Origin: an uncultured bacterium
GTDB lineage: Bacteria > Acidobacteriota > Vicinamibacteria > Vicinamibacterales > UBA8438
Assembly (NCBI GenBank): GCA_963934795.1
Contig: CAWWAF010000007.1
Coordinates: 512 to 64,511 of the forward strand
Length of the DNA stretch: 64,000 bases
Direction: 5' to 3'
Below are positions 17,392 through 27,864 of this stretch, in pieces (the first letter of the stretch is position 1; each line of letters starts with the position of its first letter). Under the pieces are notes generated by a model. That model was not told the DNA's origin, did no database searches, and was given only the letters and a program-made list of their open reading frames with translations. Position numbers and translations under genes: made by a program.

Positions 17392-19848
17392 TCAGAAGCC
17401 GAAACCCAGCCGCAGCGCGACCGTGCTCCCGATGCTTTTTCTGAAGGAACCAAAGCCCTGGCTGGCTAGATTTGAGAGGACGTCGCGTGGGTTGTCGTGA
17501 CTCGTCAGGTTGTAGAACTGGACCCCGATGTCGACCCGCCGACCTGCGAGCTCCATGCGTTTCGTCACCGCGAGGTCCGCCGAGAAAAACGTCGAAAAAT
17601 CGGCGCTATTGCGCTGACCGACGGCGGAATAATTCTCAGCAAAGACGGTGTAGGGAAACCCGTTTCGCCACTCGATCCCGGGGGTCATGACGATGCCTCG
17701 CGACAACCGCACCACCCCCCACAGCAAGAGTCGATTGGGCACTTCGAAAGGCTGGAATGACTGCTGGTTGTCGAGAACGAGCGGGTCCCGTCGGTTGTCA
17801 TAGATCTCCCCGAAGTCGTTGAGATCGCCTTCGGCCCGTATCTTCGAAAACGACGCATAGAGGTCGCCGTGATCGTTCGCCAACGTCCATCGCAGGGTGG
17901 CATCGAACTCTCAACTGGTCAGACGCCCGGTTGACGAGAGGACCAGCGCCGGGGCCGCCACGTCGGTCACACGGTTGACGACCAACCGGTTGCTCGCACG
18001 ATTCTCGCGATAATTCACACGGAGCAGCAACGAATCGGTGAGCTGCCTATCGAACTCGACATTCCATACCTGACTCGTCGGCTCCTCAAGGCCTCCAGGC
18101 GCAATTCTGTTCTCGAACACGAGCGGGGCACTCCGAGCGGTGCCGGTCACCTCGTAGTCCTGCTCTACCCGCTGCTGAAACCGCTCGAATGCGCCAACCT
18201 TCAGAAAAGTCTGGTCGAAGAACAAGCCCCACCCTCCCTTGAGGAGCGTGCGACCGGTCCGGTCCAGCGCCAACGAGAAGGCCGTCCGTGGCGACAGGTG
18301 ACTCTCGTCAATCATCGAGCTCTTGTCGAATCGCAGCCCGAGATCCAGGGCCAGTCGCGGACTCACCTGCCAGTGGTCCTGCACATAACCCGAGGTCATC
18401 ACGTCCGAGGCGTCGATGTCGCCGGCTCCACGAAAGGTGATCCGTTTCAGCAGGCGCCCATCGCCCCCACGCACCTCGATGGGACCGCTCCGGTCGATGC
18501 CGTCAAATGAGGTCGCGAATACCTGCGCGCCGATCTTGACCAGATGCTGCTGGTCTCTCCATCTCCAGCTTTGTAACCGAGCCACCCCCAACTCCAGCTG
18601 TGTGCTGGTCCGATCGATTTCGTTGAAGTAGTTGCCGCGAAGTCCATCAGGGGTGAGCTGCGCCGGTCCGATGCCCTCGGGACGAACCGCCACGTCGAAC
18701 CCTCGGACCGCAACCTGTGTCTGCCACAGGGTATTCGCGCCGGTGGACAATTCGTCAACCAGCCCCACGTTCCAACCACCGAGCGTGGCCTCCGGGCTCG
18801 CCTCCCCATAATCTATGGAGTTCATCCCCAGGTTGTCCACATCGGACGGGAAGACCGACAGAGTCCCCGTCATTGAGTGACGGTCGCTGAGCTTGACGTC
18901 CACCTGAGTGAACATGTCGAACCCCTCGACGATCTCCTCCGTCTCGCCTGGGATGTTCTCTCTGACCTCGGAGCGGACGAATCGGTAGGCGAACGCCTGC
19001 GAAATCCAGGCACGGCCCCGCTTGAGTGGACCGCTGGCCTGCACCCGCGGTGTCGCGGTGTTGATCCCGGCGATTGTGCCACCGCGGAATCGGGGCTTCG
19101 GAATCAAGCTGCCGACGTTGACATCCCAGTGGTCGTCACCCGCGACCGTGCGAATCTCGGTGACCGCGCCGGACACGCGCCCGTATTCCGCCGAGTAGGG
19201 CACCGAGTGCACTTCCACCGTATCGATGACGCTCAACGGCAATTCGAACGCGAACTGACCGGTCACGGGATCGGTGGCGTTGGCCCCATTGACCAGCAGG
19301 GTGCTCTGGCTCGGGCGGGTGCCGTTGAAGCTGAGGCGTCCGCGCGGATCACGCACGACACCAGGCAAGAGTGGCAAGGCGTCCTGAAAACGATCGGTCG
19401 GGAGTTGGAAAATCTGGAGAAATTCTGTCTGGAATTCGTCTTTTTCGAGCGGTTGCCCCGCGCCCGTGGAGCCGTCGACGGTGACCACCTCGTCGATCGG
19501 AGCAACCTCCAGGCTCAACGGCAATTCGACCGTCTGGCCCGGGACGACGTCGACCGGCCCCACCATACCCGACGCGTATCCAGACAGCTCCGCTGCCACC
19601 ACATACGATCCAGACGGCAGCGCGGTGAACGCGAAGGTGCCCTCGGCGTCCGTCACTGTGGCATCGAGCACCGGGTCGACTGAGGGAGCGGCGTCCTCGC
19701 CGGCGTCCACACTTGCCAATGTCACGGTCACCCCCGGGAGCACATGGTTGGCAGCGTCAACGACGACCCCGACGATACTCGCGGTCTGGGCTTCGGCCCC
19801 CACCGGCGACATGGCGACAAGACACAACCCCACGCCGCAAGAGAGCAC
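17392..19848 (-). pseudogene. TonB-dependent receptor with N-terminal carboxypeptidase-regulatory-like domain, interrupted by TGA at 17911-17913
   Basis: Plug motifs (LLVNGANATDP, YSAEYGRVSG); ORFs 17911-19848 and 17392-17883 are in frame (LTS*EFDATLRWTL); ends in the typical aromatic beta-barrel terminus LRLGFGF. Confidence 0.85.
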
Positions 19849-20049
19849 CCGACCCAGCCCCCCGGAACGATATCACCGTCTTGGCTCACACGAGGTGGAC
19901 GGACGGGCATCTCCGGCCAGCGCCCCGGTCGGCTGGCCATCACGGGTCAGAGGGTTGTACGCTCGCAGCTGCGTCTGTCGCCATAACGGCGACCGCCCTT
20001 TCGCGTGGCCTGTCCCAGAGTCGGGCGTGGTGCAGGAGAGAAACACCTG

Positions 20050-20130
20050 ATGTGCGACACGATTCACGACGCAGTCGACGCCCCCGTCGCTGCGAGTGCG
20101 CTCAACCGACCGGATCGACTCAACCCGTTG
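20050..20130 (+). pseudogene. Decayed 5' remnant of an enoyl-CoA hydratase/isomerase (crotonase) gene
   Basis: RBS AGGAGAG then MCDTIHDAVDAPVAASALNRPDRLNPL, matching the crotonase N-terminal pattern VA-x-I-T-LNRPDxLNA; similarity stops after 27 codons. Confidence 0.6.
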
Positions 20131-20198
20131 ATTCACTGCCAGCGGCGCCAGAGTGGCAGCCGTCTCAGCGCGCCGACGCGAACCGTTGGGGCGTCCTT

Positions 20199-20969
20199 GT
20201 GACGATCACGCCACCGATGGACCCCGCCGACCGCGACAACCGGATCCTGCTCGAAGGGCCCCAGGGGCGCCTCAAAGATCTGTGGCTGGTCCTCAGGTCC
20301 GTCAGAGACTTCATCGCCGGGTTCCGCGGTCTGCACTTCGTAGGCCCGTGCGTCACGGTGTTCGGCTCGGCGCGGTTCAAGCCAGATCACCCCTACTACG
20401 CGCTGGGCCGCGAAGTGGGCGCCGGCCTGGCCCATCTTGGTTTCACGGTGATGACCGGTGGAGGTCCCGGACTCATGGAGGCGGCCAACCGCGGCGCGAA
20501 GGAAGCCGGCGGACGATCGGTCGCATGCAACATCCGGTTGCCGAATGAGGAGGGCGCCAATCCGTATCTGGACCACTCCGTCCAGGCCCACTACTTCTTC
20601 GTGCGGAAAGTGCTGCTCTTCAAGTACTCGTACGCATTTGTGGCGCTGCCAGGGGGCTTCGGCACCATGGACGAGCTGTTCGAGGCGTTGACCCTCGTGC
20701 AAACCGGCAAGATCCAGAGCTTTCCGATCGTCTTGATGGGCACCAGCTACTGGCGCCGGCTCCTGCATCTCATCCACCGAATGGAACGGGAGGGGACGAT
20801 CAGCGCGAACGACCTCAGCCTGTGGCTGACGACCGACGATCTGGACGAGGCGATGGCGCATATCCGCGCCCACACCGTCGACCGATTCGGATTGCTCAAG
20901 CGTCCGGAACCGAAACCGTCTCGTGTGCTCGGCGAACCACGGGTCCTGCCACGCTCAAGCCCGCGGTAG
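20199..20969 (+). CDS. LOG family (TIGR00730-type Rossmann fold) nucleotide phosphoribohydrolase
   Basis: VTVFGSARF, TGGGPGLMEAANRGA, PGGFGTMDELFE; start GTG 20199 or ATG 20217. Confidence 0.9.
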   Translation: MTITPPMDPADRDNRILLEGPQGRLKDLWLVLRSVRDFIAGFRGLHFVGPCVTVFGSARFKPDHPYYALGREVGAGLAHLGFTVMTGGGPGLMEAANRGAKEAGGRSVACNIRLPNEEGANPYLDHSVQAHYFFVRKVLLFKYSYAFVALPGGFGTMDELFEALTLVQTGKIQSFPIVLMGTSYWRRLLHLIHRMEREGTISANDLSLWLTTDDLDEAMAHIRAHTVDRFGLLKRPEPKPSRVLGEPRVLPRSSPR

Positions 20970-20987
20970 CGGGGCGGACGGGACCGC

Positions 20988-21524
20988 TCACGGCAGGCTG
21001 AACCCGTCGACAGTCAAGACGTGCGCGCCATCGTCGTTCGCCAGCGCCACTGCGCCGCGCACTTGCACCAGATCCTCGCCCGCCGCTGCGACGAGCGCTC
21101 CGACACGGGGTCCGCCCAGGGCCAGGACACGGTCGTCCGGCAACCCCAATGCGACCCGACCGTCCTCCAGGACGAGACGGCCCACCGCCGTCAGCACCAA
21201 CTCGTCCGGTGTGAAGCCTGCATTGCGGACGACATCCCACACCTCCTTCAACCCGACGGTCGTCCCGGGCGCCAACCCAAGCACCACCCGGCCCTGGTCG
21301 ACCTGGATCTCGACACGCTCCACATGTTCGAGACGAGAGAACCGTCGCTCCAGTCCCTGCGCGCACGATGGGCAGCTCAGCTCGACGGAGAGGACCACCT
21401 CGACCATCCCCGACTCGCCCGTCCCCGCACCGCCCAGCGGCTGCGCATCAACCTGCCCACCCACCCCAAATGTGCACAGTCCGATCAACAGCGCCCCGCC
21501 GAGCTCGCTGACACGTGTCGACAC
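20988..21524 (-). CDS. Exported heavy-metal-associated (HMA) domain protein with extra C-terminal domain
   Basis: Signal-like N-terminus, LSCPSCAQGLE (CxxC), VWDVVRNAGF. Confidence 0.7.
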   Translation of the reverse strand: MSTRVSELGGALLIGLCTFGVGGQVDAQPLGGAGTGESGMVEVVLSVELSCPSCAQGLERRFSRLEHVERVEIQVDQGRVVLGLAPGTTVGLKEVWDVVRNAGFTPDELVLTAVGRLVLEDGRVALGLPDDRVLALGGPRVGALVAAAGEDLVQVRGAVALANDDGAHVLTVDGFSLP

Positions 21525-21527
21525 GTT

Positions 21528-21833
21528 TTAGCCCCAGGCCGTGCCGAGAGCGTCAAGTCCGCCGCGGGCGAGATCCTCAGCGGTCATATAGGGCTCGAGC
21601 TCCACTTCCGCATCGAAGGTCAGAAACAAGGGCTCAGCCGGACTCGGAATATCGGACGGCTCGCTCACATTGACGACCAGAGTTCCGCCACGACGGCCCT
21701 TCGCGGACGTGAAGTAGGCCGCCTCCGGTTTGATCGCCTCGAGAATCCGTTGGATTTTCGGTCCAGCGCTACCGTCGCGGACAGCCGCGTTGAACGGACC
21801 GACGGGAAACCGTACGTGCATCAGCATCTTCAT
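21528..21833 (-). CDS. Small conserved hypothetical protein (GYD/DUF3303-like dimeric alpha-beta barrel)
   Basis: RBS GGAGG before ATG 21833; KPEAAYF...AEPLFLTFDAEVELEPYMTAEDL. Confidence 0.7.
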   Translation of the reverse strand: MKMLMHVRFPVGPFNAAVRDGSAGPKIQRILEAIKPEAAYFTSAKGRRGGTLVVNVSEPSDIPSPAEPLFLTFDAEVELEPYMTAEDLARGGLDALGTAWG

Positions 21834-22084
21834 TGCAGACCTCCTGAGTGACTCTGTCTCCAATAGATAGGACGCACCTAACCGCGCGGATAGGTGACAC
21901 GATCACGCAGTTTAGTCCACCGGGTGCCGCCCCGGGAGATTCTCGGCGACGTTCGCCTCGACACCAGCCCCCAGACAATGCGGATGTTCAGCTGGGCAGT
22001 GAGGGGACCGCCGCACGGGTTCGAAACGGCGCTCCGCACCGGGACACGGGTCTCAGATCGGATGGCACAACAGATTCGCTTCGA

Positions 22085-23317
22085 CTACCGCAGGTCCACC
22101 GCGACTAAGATATCGGTGTTCCGTACGTAGAAACGACCGTCCGCCAGCGCCGGGTACGCCCGAACGACGCCAGGCAGAATCTGAGCTCGGACGATCGGCG
22201 AGAAACCGTCTGGCGAGGCGTCGGCCAAGAGCAGCTCTCCGGACTCCCGCTGAATCACGAGTTTGCCGCCAGCGAGCAAGATCGATCCGGCCCCGAAGCG
22301 GTCTTCGGTCCACCGCACCTGCCCCGTGTCCAGATCAACCGCGCGCAGACTGGGGCCGTATTCCTGGCGCCCGTGATACCCGTAGAGCACGCCGTCACGC
22401 ATCACCGCCGTCGCATAGTGATTCGTCATGCTCTCGTCGCCAGCCCATTCCTCTACGAGCGTCGTCCCCTCGACCCGGAGTAACGTGGCGCCTGTCTGGT
22501 AGCTGGACGAGATAAAAATACGGTTGCCGTCCACCAGTGGCGTCGCCGCGTTGACGGAAGAGCCTGACCGGGAACGCCAGCGTTTCTCGAACAACACCTG
22601 GCCAGACGCCGGGTCGAGACCGACGAGTCCATTTCGCGTAAAGAACAGCACGTGTCGACGGCCACCGAAGGTCGCGCCCACGGGCGACGAATAGCTGGAT
22701 TCATCGGTCGTGGCGGTCCAGAGTTCATCGCCAGTTTCCGCATCGAACGCGACGATCCCTGCTCCGCCACCGCCAACGTTCGCAATCAGGCGCCCCTCTT
22801 CGACGAGCGGGGATCCCGCGGCACCAAAGAACCCCTTGCGCACCGCGTAGCGGGCGTGGGTATCAACCTGCCACAGCCCTGCCCCCGTCTCGAGGTCAAC
22901 TGTATGCAGCTGCCCCTGCGCGCCGTAGGTGTGCACCCGACCGTCAGCCACAACGGGGACCGATCGCGGCCCTTCGTCAAATCCGAAATCGTCCCGATAG
23001 GTGGTGGCGTAGACATATCGCCACATCGTCTCCCCTGACTCGGCCGCGAGCGCCTCCACCACCTCATCGCCACCGACACGATGAAACAGAATGACGCGAT
23101 CACCGACCACGGCCGGGCCGGCAAATCCGGCCCCCACCGGTCGCTCCCAAAGGCGCGTGGGTCCGTCGTCGGCCCACGCGTCAGCCAGACTCACGCCCGC
23201 ATAGGTCCCATTACGGGTCGGCCCCAAGAACTGGGGCCAATCCTGCGCGGTCACCGCGACCTCGGCGACCAGACATCCTACAGTCAGGACGAGCGCGTAT
23301 CGCGAACGTGTGTTCAT
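22085..23317 (-). CDS. Exported PQQ-binding-like beta-propeller repeat protein
   Basis: Signal peptide, DWPQFLGPTRNG, repeated A-x-D-x-x-TG-x-x-x-W motifs. Confidence 0.85.
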   Translation of the reverse strand: MNTRSRYALVLTVGCLVAEVAVTAQDWPQFLGPTRNGTYAGVSLADAWADDGPTRLWERPVGAGFAGPAVVGDRVILFHRVGGDEVVEALAAESGETMWRYVYATTYRDDFGFDEGPRSVPVVADGRVHTYGAQGQLHTVDLETGAGLWQVDTHARYAVRKGFFGAAGSPLVEEGRLIANVGGGGAGIVAFDAETGDELWTATTDESSYSSPVGATFGGRRHVLFFTRNGLVGLDPASGQVLFEKRWRSRSGSSVNAATPLVDGNRIFISSSYQTGATLLRVEGTTLVEEWAGDESMTNHYATAVMRDGVLYGYHGRQEYGPSLRAVDLDTGQVRWTEDRFGAGSILLAGGKLVIQRESGELLLADASPDGFSPIVRAQILPGVVRAYPALADGRFYVRNTDILVAVDLR

Positions 23318-23519
23318 CGGTGTGCTCTCTCCTCAAGCCAACGCTATTGGGCGAGGTCCAGCGACCGGACCGGTCCCTGGCTGCCAGTGTACACGCCGTG
23401 ATACCGCGCCCGACCGGCGCCCGGCCATCGCCCGGGCCAGCGACGACGCGTATCCGTTTTGCCAGATGCCGGCAAGATGACGTAGCCTTGTCGACATCCA
23501 CGAAGAACGGACTCGACCG

Positions 23520-24362
23520 ATGACTCTGCCACCGCGTCCTCCTCGCGCCCTCATCCTGCTCATTGTGGCGGGACTCCTGGCCGCAGTGGCGGTGACGGCC
23601 AATGCGCAACGTGGCTACTTCAGAGAAGGCCGGGCTCCGGCTCGATACCCCCCTTCCTCGATGCCGGACCGAGATTTCGCATTCTGTAAACTCGCCTACA
23701 CGAGTGTCAGGTATGAAGACCTGGGCATGGGGTGGCGGACCGACTACCCGTATGCCGGCATCAATCTGATGACCCGGTATTCGGAACTGACCACCGCACC
23801 CATCAGCACGGACAGGCGGGGCGAACCCAATCACTGGGTCGTCGAACTGACGGACAGAGAACTCTTCAATTGCCCGTTCATCATGGCGGCCGATGTCGGC
23901 ACCATCGGCTTGAGTGGCGCCGAGGCCGACGGACTCCGCACCTATCTGCTCAAAGGCGGGTTTTTGTGGGTCGATGATTTCTGGGGCACGCGTGCCTGGC
24001 AACATTGGAGTGCAGAGATCGCCAAAGTACTGCCACCAGGTCAGTACCCGATCAACGATCTGCCGCTGGATCACCCGGTGTTTCGTGCGCTGATGCACGT
24101 CGAGAAGGTGCCGCAGATCACGGCCATTCAATTCTGGGGCTGGAACGGCGGCAACACCTCTGAACGGGGCGCCGACAGCGTCGAAGCCCACCTCCGGGCG
24201 ATCACAGATGAGTCGGGGCGAATTCTGGTACTGATGTCGCACAACACGGATGTCGCCGACGCATGGGAGCGAGAGGGCGAAGACCCACGCTATTTCAAGC
24301 AGTTCTCGCCAAACGGCTACGGGCTTGGCATCAACGTGCTGCTCTACGCCATGAGTCACTAG
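23520..24362 (+). CDS. DUF4159 domain protein
   Basis: WRTDYP, LRTYLLKGGFLWVDDFWG, HNTDVADAWERE, GINVLLYAMSH. Confidence 0.8.
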   Translation: MTLPPRPPRALILLIVAGLLAAVAVTANAQRGYFREGRAPARYPPSSMPDRDFAFCKLAYTSVRYEDLGMGWRTDYPYAGINLMTRYSELTTAPISTDRRGEPNHWVVELTDRELFNCPFIMAADVGTIGLSGAEADGLRTYLLKGGFLWVDDFWGTRAWQHWSAEIAKVLPPGQYPINDLPLDHPVFRALMHVEKVPQITAIQFWGWNGGNTSERGADSVEAHLRAITDESGRILVLMSHNTDVADAWEREGEDPRYFKQFSPNGYGLGINVLLYAMSH

Positions 24363-24406
24363 CGGCGCGTGCCAGCCGCCCTCTCCGGTCACCCCAACTC
24401 GCGCCT

Positions 24407-24883
24407 ATGACTCGCCCAGACCCAGCCACCCTCCGTGAACAGCTCCTCGCGCACGCTCGCGGCGTCGCGTTCTTCGAACTCATCGGGTTGGAGGTTCTGG
24501 ACGCTGAACCAGGTCGCTCGTCCACACGACTACGAATGCGTCCTGATCTGGCGAACCCGATCGGCCTGATGCACGGCGGCATCATCGCCTCGCTCATCGA
24601 CACCGGTCTTGCCTATGCGCTGTTGTTGCGCGAGGACATACAGGATGCCCTCCACGCTGGCCGTTCGCTCGTGACCGTCGACCTGCGTGTCAAATACCTG
24701 CGGCCGGTATCCGCCGGTGCGGTGACCTGCGAATCGCGGATCATCCGGATGGGTCGACAGATCATCCACATGGAGGCGGTCGTCACCAACGACGACGGCA
24801 AAGAGGTCGCCCGCGGCGATGCGATCTACACCACAGCGACGCCGAGGACCCCGTCCCCGGACTCATCCGAGACCGCTGGATAG
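24407..24883 (+). CDS. PaaI family (hotdog) thioesterase
   Basis: NPIGLMHGGIIASLIDT, TVDLRVKYLRP. Confidence 0.88.
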   Translation: MTRPDPATLREQLLAHARGVAFFELIGLEVLDAEPGRSSTRLRMRPDLANPIGLMHGGIIASLIDTGLAYALLLREDIQDALHAGRSLVTVDLRVKYLRPVSAGAVTCESRIIRMGRQIIHMEAVVTNDDGKEVARGDAIYTTATPRTPSPDSSETAG

Positions 24884-24911
24884 CGGCGGCTGATCGCCGC
24901 ACCGGCACGCC

Positions 24912-25271
24912 ATGGATGTTCACGAGCATACGTCCCACGGTGTCCCCGTGTTGGAGCTCAGCGGCCGCCTCACGTTGGAGTCGTTCGGTCAACTGAAGGA
25001 CCGCGTGCGCCCGATCATCGACGCCGGCTCCAGCCAACTTGTCCTCGACCTGGGTGCCGTGTCCTATGTCGACAGTATCGGGGTGGCCGAGCTAATTCGT
25101 AGCCACGTCATGTTCGCGAACCGCGGCGGACGCCTCGTGCTGGCCTCGGTGCCCGACCATCTCACCCGACTGCTGCGACTGACCAGGCTGGACCAGATCG
25201 TGGAGTCGTGCGCTTCTCGGGACGACGCGGTTCACGCGTTGCGCGACGCCGAGCCAGCCCGGTCCGATTGA
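24912..25271 (+). CDS. STAS domain protein (anti-sigma factor antagonist)
   Basis: LVLDLGAVSYVDSIG phosphorylation-site motif, LLRLTRLD. Confidence 0.88.
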   Translation: MDVHEHTSHGVPVLELSGRLTLESFGQLKDRVRPIIDAGSSQLVLDLGAVSYVDSIGVAELIRSHVMFANRGGRLVLASVPDHLTRLLRLTRLDQIVESCASRDDAVHALRDAEPARSD

Positions 25272-25317
25272 TAACCAGCACGGACGGCCGGACCACGGGC
25301 GGCACAAGGCCCTGGTC

Positions 25318-26325
25318 CTAGAACGTCGCGATTGGGTTCAGCGGCGACCCGGTTCCCCCGACGACAGCCAGTGGCGCCGCCGAGAGCATGAACTCCCAGC
25401 GGTCTTGTCGCGCGGCCTCTTCTGCCAAGGCCTCAAGGTCGAGATTGTCGAAGATACGGACGCCCATGGCCACGAGCACCAATTGATGAATCGGCTGCGA
25501 CACACCGTCCACGCCAGACGGCAGCGCATCGTTCGTGTAGTCGCTCCCGATCATCGCGACATCGCGCTCCTTGAGCCACGGGCCAACCGACGCATGGAGC
25601 CCCGCCGCCAGCTGGCCGGTCGCCCAGGGGCCCACCTCGGCGCGGCGCGCCCACCGCCCCGAGCGCACCAGAAGAATGTCGCCCGGCTCGACCCGCACGC
25701 CGGCCTGCCGCTCCCACTCCTCGAGATCCTCGATGTAGATGGGGGTGCCCGGTTCCAGATATTCAACGCCTTTGAGCCGAGCGATGTCCATCAGGATTCC
25801 CTTGGTCAGGATGCCCTGCTTGACGTCGAGAATGGACAGTTTCGAGCACCCGTCTTCGGTGACGTCATCGGCCTTCGTGAACCCGTTGTACATCACCCCG
25901 TCATGCGACATATGGCAGAGCGAATCCATATGGCTGTGTGCATAGCCGTGATACGACACCGAGTACCGATCGCCGATGAACGGCCCGGTGCGGCCGACTC
26001 CGGACATCTCGTGGCTGAATGGCGACGTCGAGTCCTCTGCCTGCTCTGTCAGGTAGTTGTGCGACAGCGACACCGACACCCCCTCGCGCACGAGGCTCGC
26101 CGCCTGTTTTCGCTTGTCGTTGGTAATGAGGTTGAGTGCGCCAAGTTGGTCATCGTCGCCCCAGCGACCCCAGTTCGACAGCTCGGTCATCCAGCCATCG
26201 ACCATCGCTTCCGTCACGTTCCGATTGGCCTGGGCCTGCGTATCGCCGCCACCAGGGCCACAGGCGAGTGCCACGCCCAACACGAGCGCGCTCGCCACCA
26301 GCACACGAGGTCTTGTTATCGTCAT
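25318..26325 (-). CDS. Metal-dependent cyclase family (kynurenine formamidase-like) lipoprotein
   Basis: NWGRWGDDDQLGALN, YHGYAHSHMDSLCH metal motif, GGTGSPLNPIATF; lipobox ALAC. Confidence 0.85.
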   Translation of the reverse strand: MTITRPRVLVASALVLGVALACGPGGGDTQAQANRNVTEAMVDGWMTELSNWGRWGDDDQLGALNLITNDKRKQAASLVREGVSVSLSHNYLTEQAEDSTSPFSHEMSGVGRTGPFIGDRYSVSYHGYAHSHMDSLCHMSHDGVMYNGFTKADDVTEDGCSKLSILDVKQGILTKGILMDIARLKGVEYLEPGTPIYIEDLEEWERQAGVRVEPGDILLVRSGRWARRAEVGPWATGQLAAGLHASVGPWLKERDVAMIGSDYTNDALPSGVDGVSQPIHQLVLVAMGVRIFDNLDLEALAEEAARQDRWEFMLSAAPLAVVGGTGSPLNPIATF

Positions 26326-26372
26326 GTCTCATTCCTCCGAAGATGCCGCCAGGCACACCTTCGACACCGGAA

Positions 26373-27728
26373 CTAGTCGCCGTCGGTAATTCGATAGAGC
26401 TTCGACGCGGTCCGGATGAACAGGCTGCCCTGGGCAATGGCCGGTGTCGCCATCGAAAATTCATCGAGGGCGTTGGTGCCCAACACCTCGTAGTCGGCCC
26501 CGGCGCGAATCACGTAGGTGTCGCCCTCTTCGCTCAGTGCGAAAATCTTCCCGTCATACGCCCACGGCGACGACGTAAATGCCGCCCCCACCGCGAGGCG
26601 CTGCCGGGAGTACACTTCCTCACCCGTTCGAGCGTCGTGGGCCGTGAAGAACCCGCGATCAAGCAGCGTGTAGTAGATATCGCCGTACAGAATCGGCGAG
26701 GGATTGTACGGACTGGCCTGCCGCTGGTACCACGCGATGTAGTCGTTGCTGGTCTCACCCGGCGTCAGACTGATGTCACCCGACGCCCCCGGTCTGATCG
26801 CGAACACGGGACGGACCTGATCGCCCACGTAGCCCGAGGCGATGTATAGCAGGCCGAACTCGGCAAACGGGGTCGGGATGGTGATGGAGGACATCCCCGT
26901 CAGCTCCCAGAGCAGCCCGCCTTGGAGGTCGTACGACCGCACCTTGTCTGTGCCGGTGGTGACCAGCTCCGTTCGCCCCTCGTGCTCCCACACGAACGGG
27001 GTCGACCAGTTTGTGCCTTCGTCGCGGTCCACGCGCCACAGCTCCCCGCCAGTCTCGGCACTGAGCGCCGTCAGGTAGGACTGCTCGTCGTTGTCGTTGA
27101 CAACATACAACCGGCCGTCGTGCAACGCCGGTGAGGCGGCGGTGCCCCACCCGTAGCGGGTCGGGCGTGGCTCAAGGTCCCGGGACCACAACAGTTGTCC
27201 TCCCAGATCGAAGCAGAAAAGCCCGACGTTCCCGAATGAGACATAGAACCGTTCGCCGTCGGTGACCGGCGTCTCGGAGGCGAAGGTGTTCTTCAGATGA
27301 TGCGCGATGTCCGGCACGCCGCTGTGCACGGTACGCTGCCATCGCAACGCGCCGGTGGCCACGTCCAGCGCATAGACGTTCCAGTGGTGCACGCTCTTTG
27401 GCGCGTCCCGATCGCCGCCGAAGTAGAGCCCGCCTTGCGGGGCCTCGATGTCGCCATCGCTGACCACGGCCGTGACCAAGACCGTGTCGCCGGTCACGAT
27501 CGGCGAACTCCACCCGAGGCCTGGAATGTCGGCCACCCAGGCGACGTTGTCAGTTGTGCTCCAGCGGTCAGGGAGCCCCTCGGCGTCGTCTACGACGCCT
27601 CGCGCGCCGGCCCCTCGAAACTGCGGCCAGTCATCGCCTCCAGCCTGGCCCGCCTGGGCGTCCACACGCGCCGTCAGGGCCAGCACGCTGGCTAACATCA
27701 ACACCCATCCGCGTCGTCTCGTTCGCAT
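26373..27728 (-). CDS. Exported PQQ-binding-like beta-propeller repeat protein
   Basis: DWPQFRG, GWSSPIV, WGTAASP, NWSTP; start set to ATG 27728 before the signal peptide. Confidence 0.85.
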   Translation of the reverse strand: MRTRRRGWVLMLASVLALTARVDAQAGQAGGDDWPQFRGAGARGVVDDAEGLPDRWSTTDNVAWVADIPGLGWSSPIVTGDTVLVTAVVSDGDIEAPQGGLYFGGDRDAPKSVHHWNVYALDVATGALRWQRTVHSGVPDIAHHLKNTFASETPVTDGERFYVSFGNVGLFCFDLGGQLLWSRDLEPRPTRYGWGTAASPALHDGRLYVVNDNDEQSYLTALSAETGGELWRVDRDEGTNWSTPFVWEHEGRTELVTTGTDKVRSYDLQGGLLWELTGMSSITIPTPFAEFGLLYIASGYVGDQVRPVFAIRPGASGDISLTPGETSNDYIAWYQRQASPYNPSPILYGDIYYTLLDRGFFTAHDARTGEEVYSRQRLAVGAAFTSSPWAYDGKIFALSEEGDTYVIRAGADYEVLGTNALDEFSMATPAIAQGSLFIRTASKLYRITDGD

Positions 27729-27864
27729 TGCCGTTGCCGATGATGCCCGCCGCATCCGTTGCTGTCCAGGGAAAACGGCGCCTCTCGCCAGACTGGCGAC
27801 GTCGCATACACTTGGGGTGTTGTACACGAACAGTGTGACGGAAGACTCACGTGGAGGCACATGA

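Noticed and set aside
17911-17913. Selenocysteine read-through of the TGA in the TonB receptor
   Set aside because: Beta-barrel strand context with no redox motif; Arg (CGA) is the natural reading
22010-22035. GGTTCGAA resembling a tRNA T-loop (similar GGTTCGA near 56238)
   Set aside because: Flanks do not pair into a T-stem and no cloverleaf can be built
21864-22084. Hidden gene or IS remnant in the gap
   Set aside because: No frame gives a recognisable protein; no terminal inverted repeats
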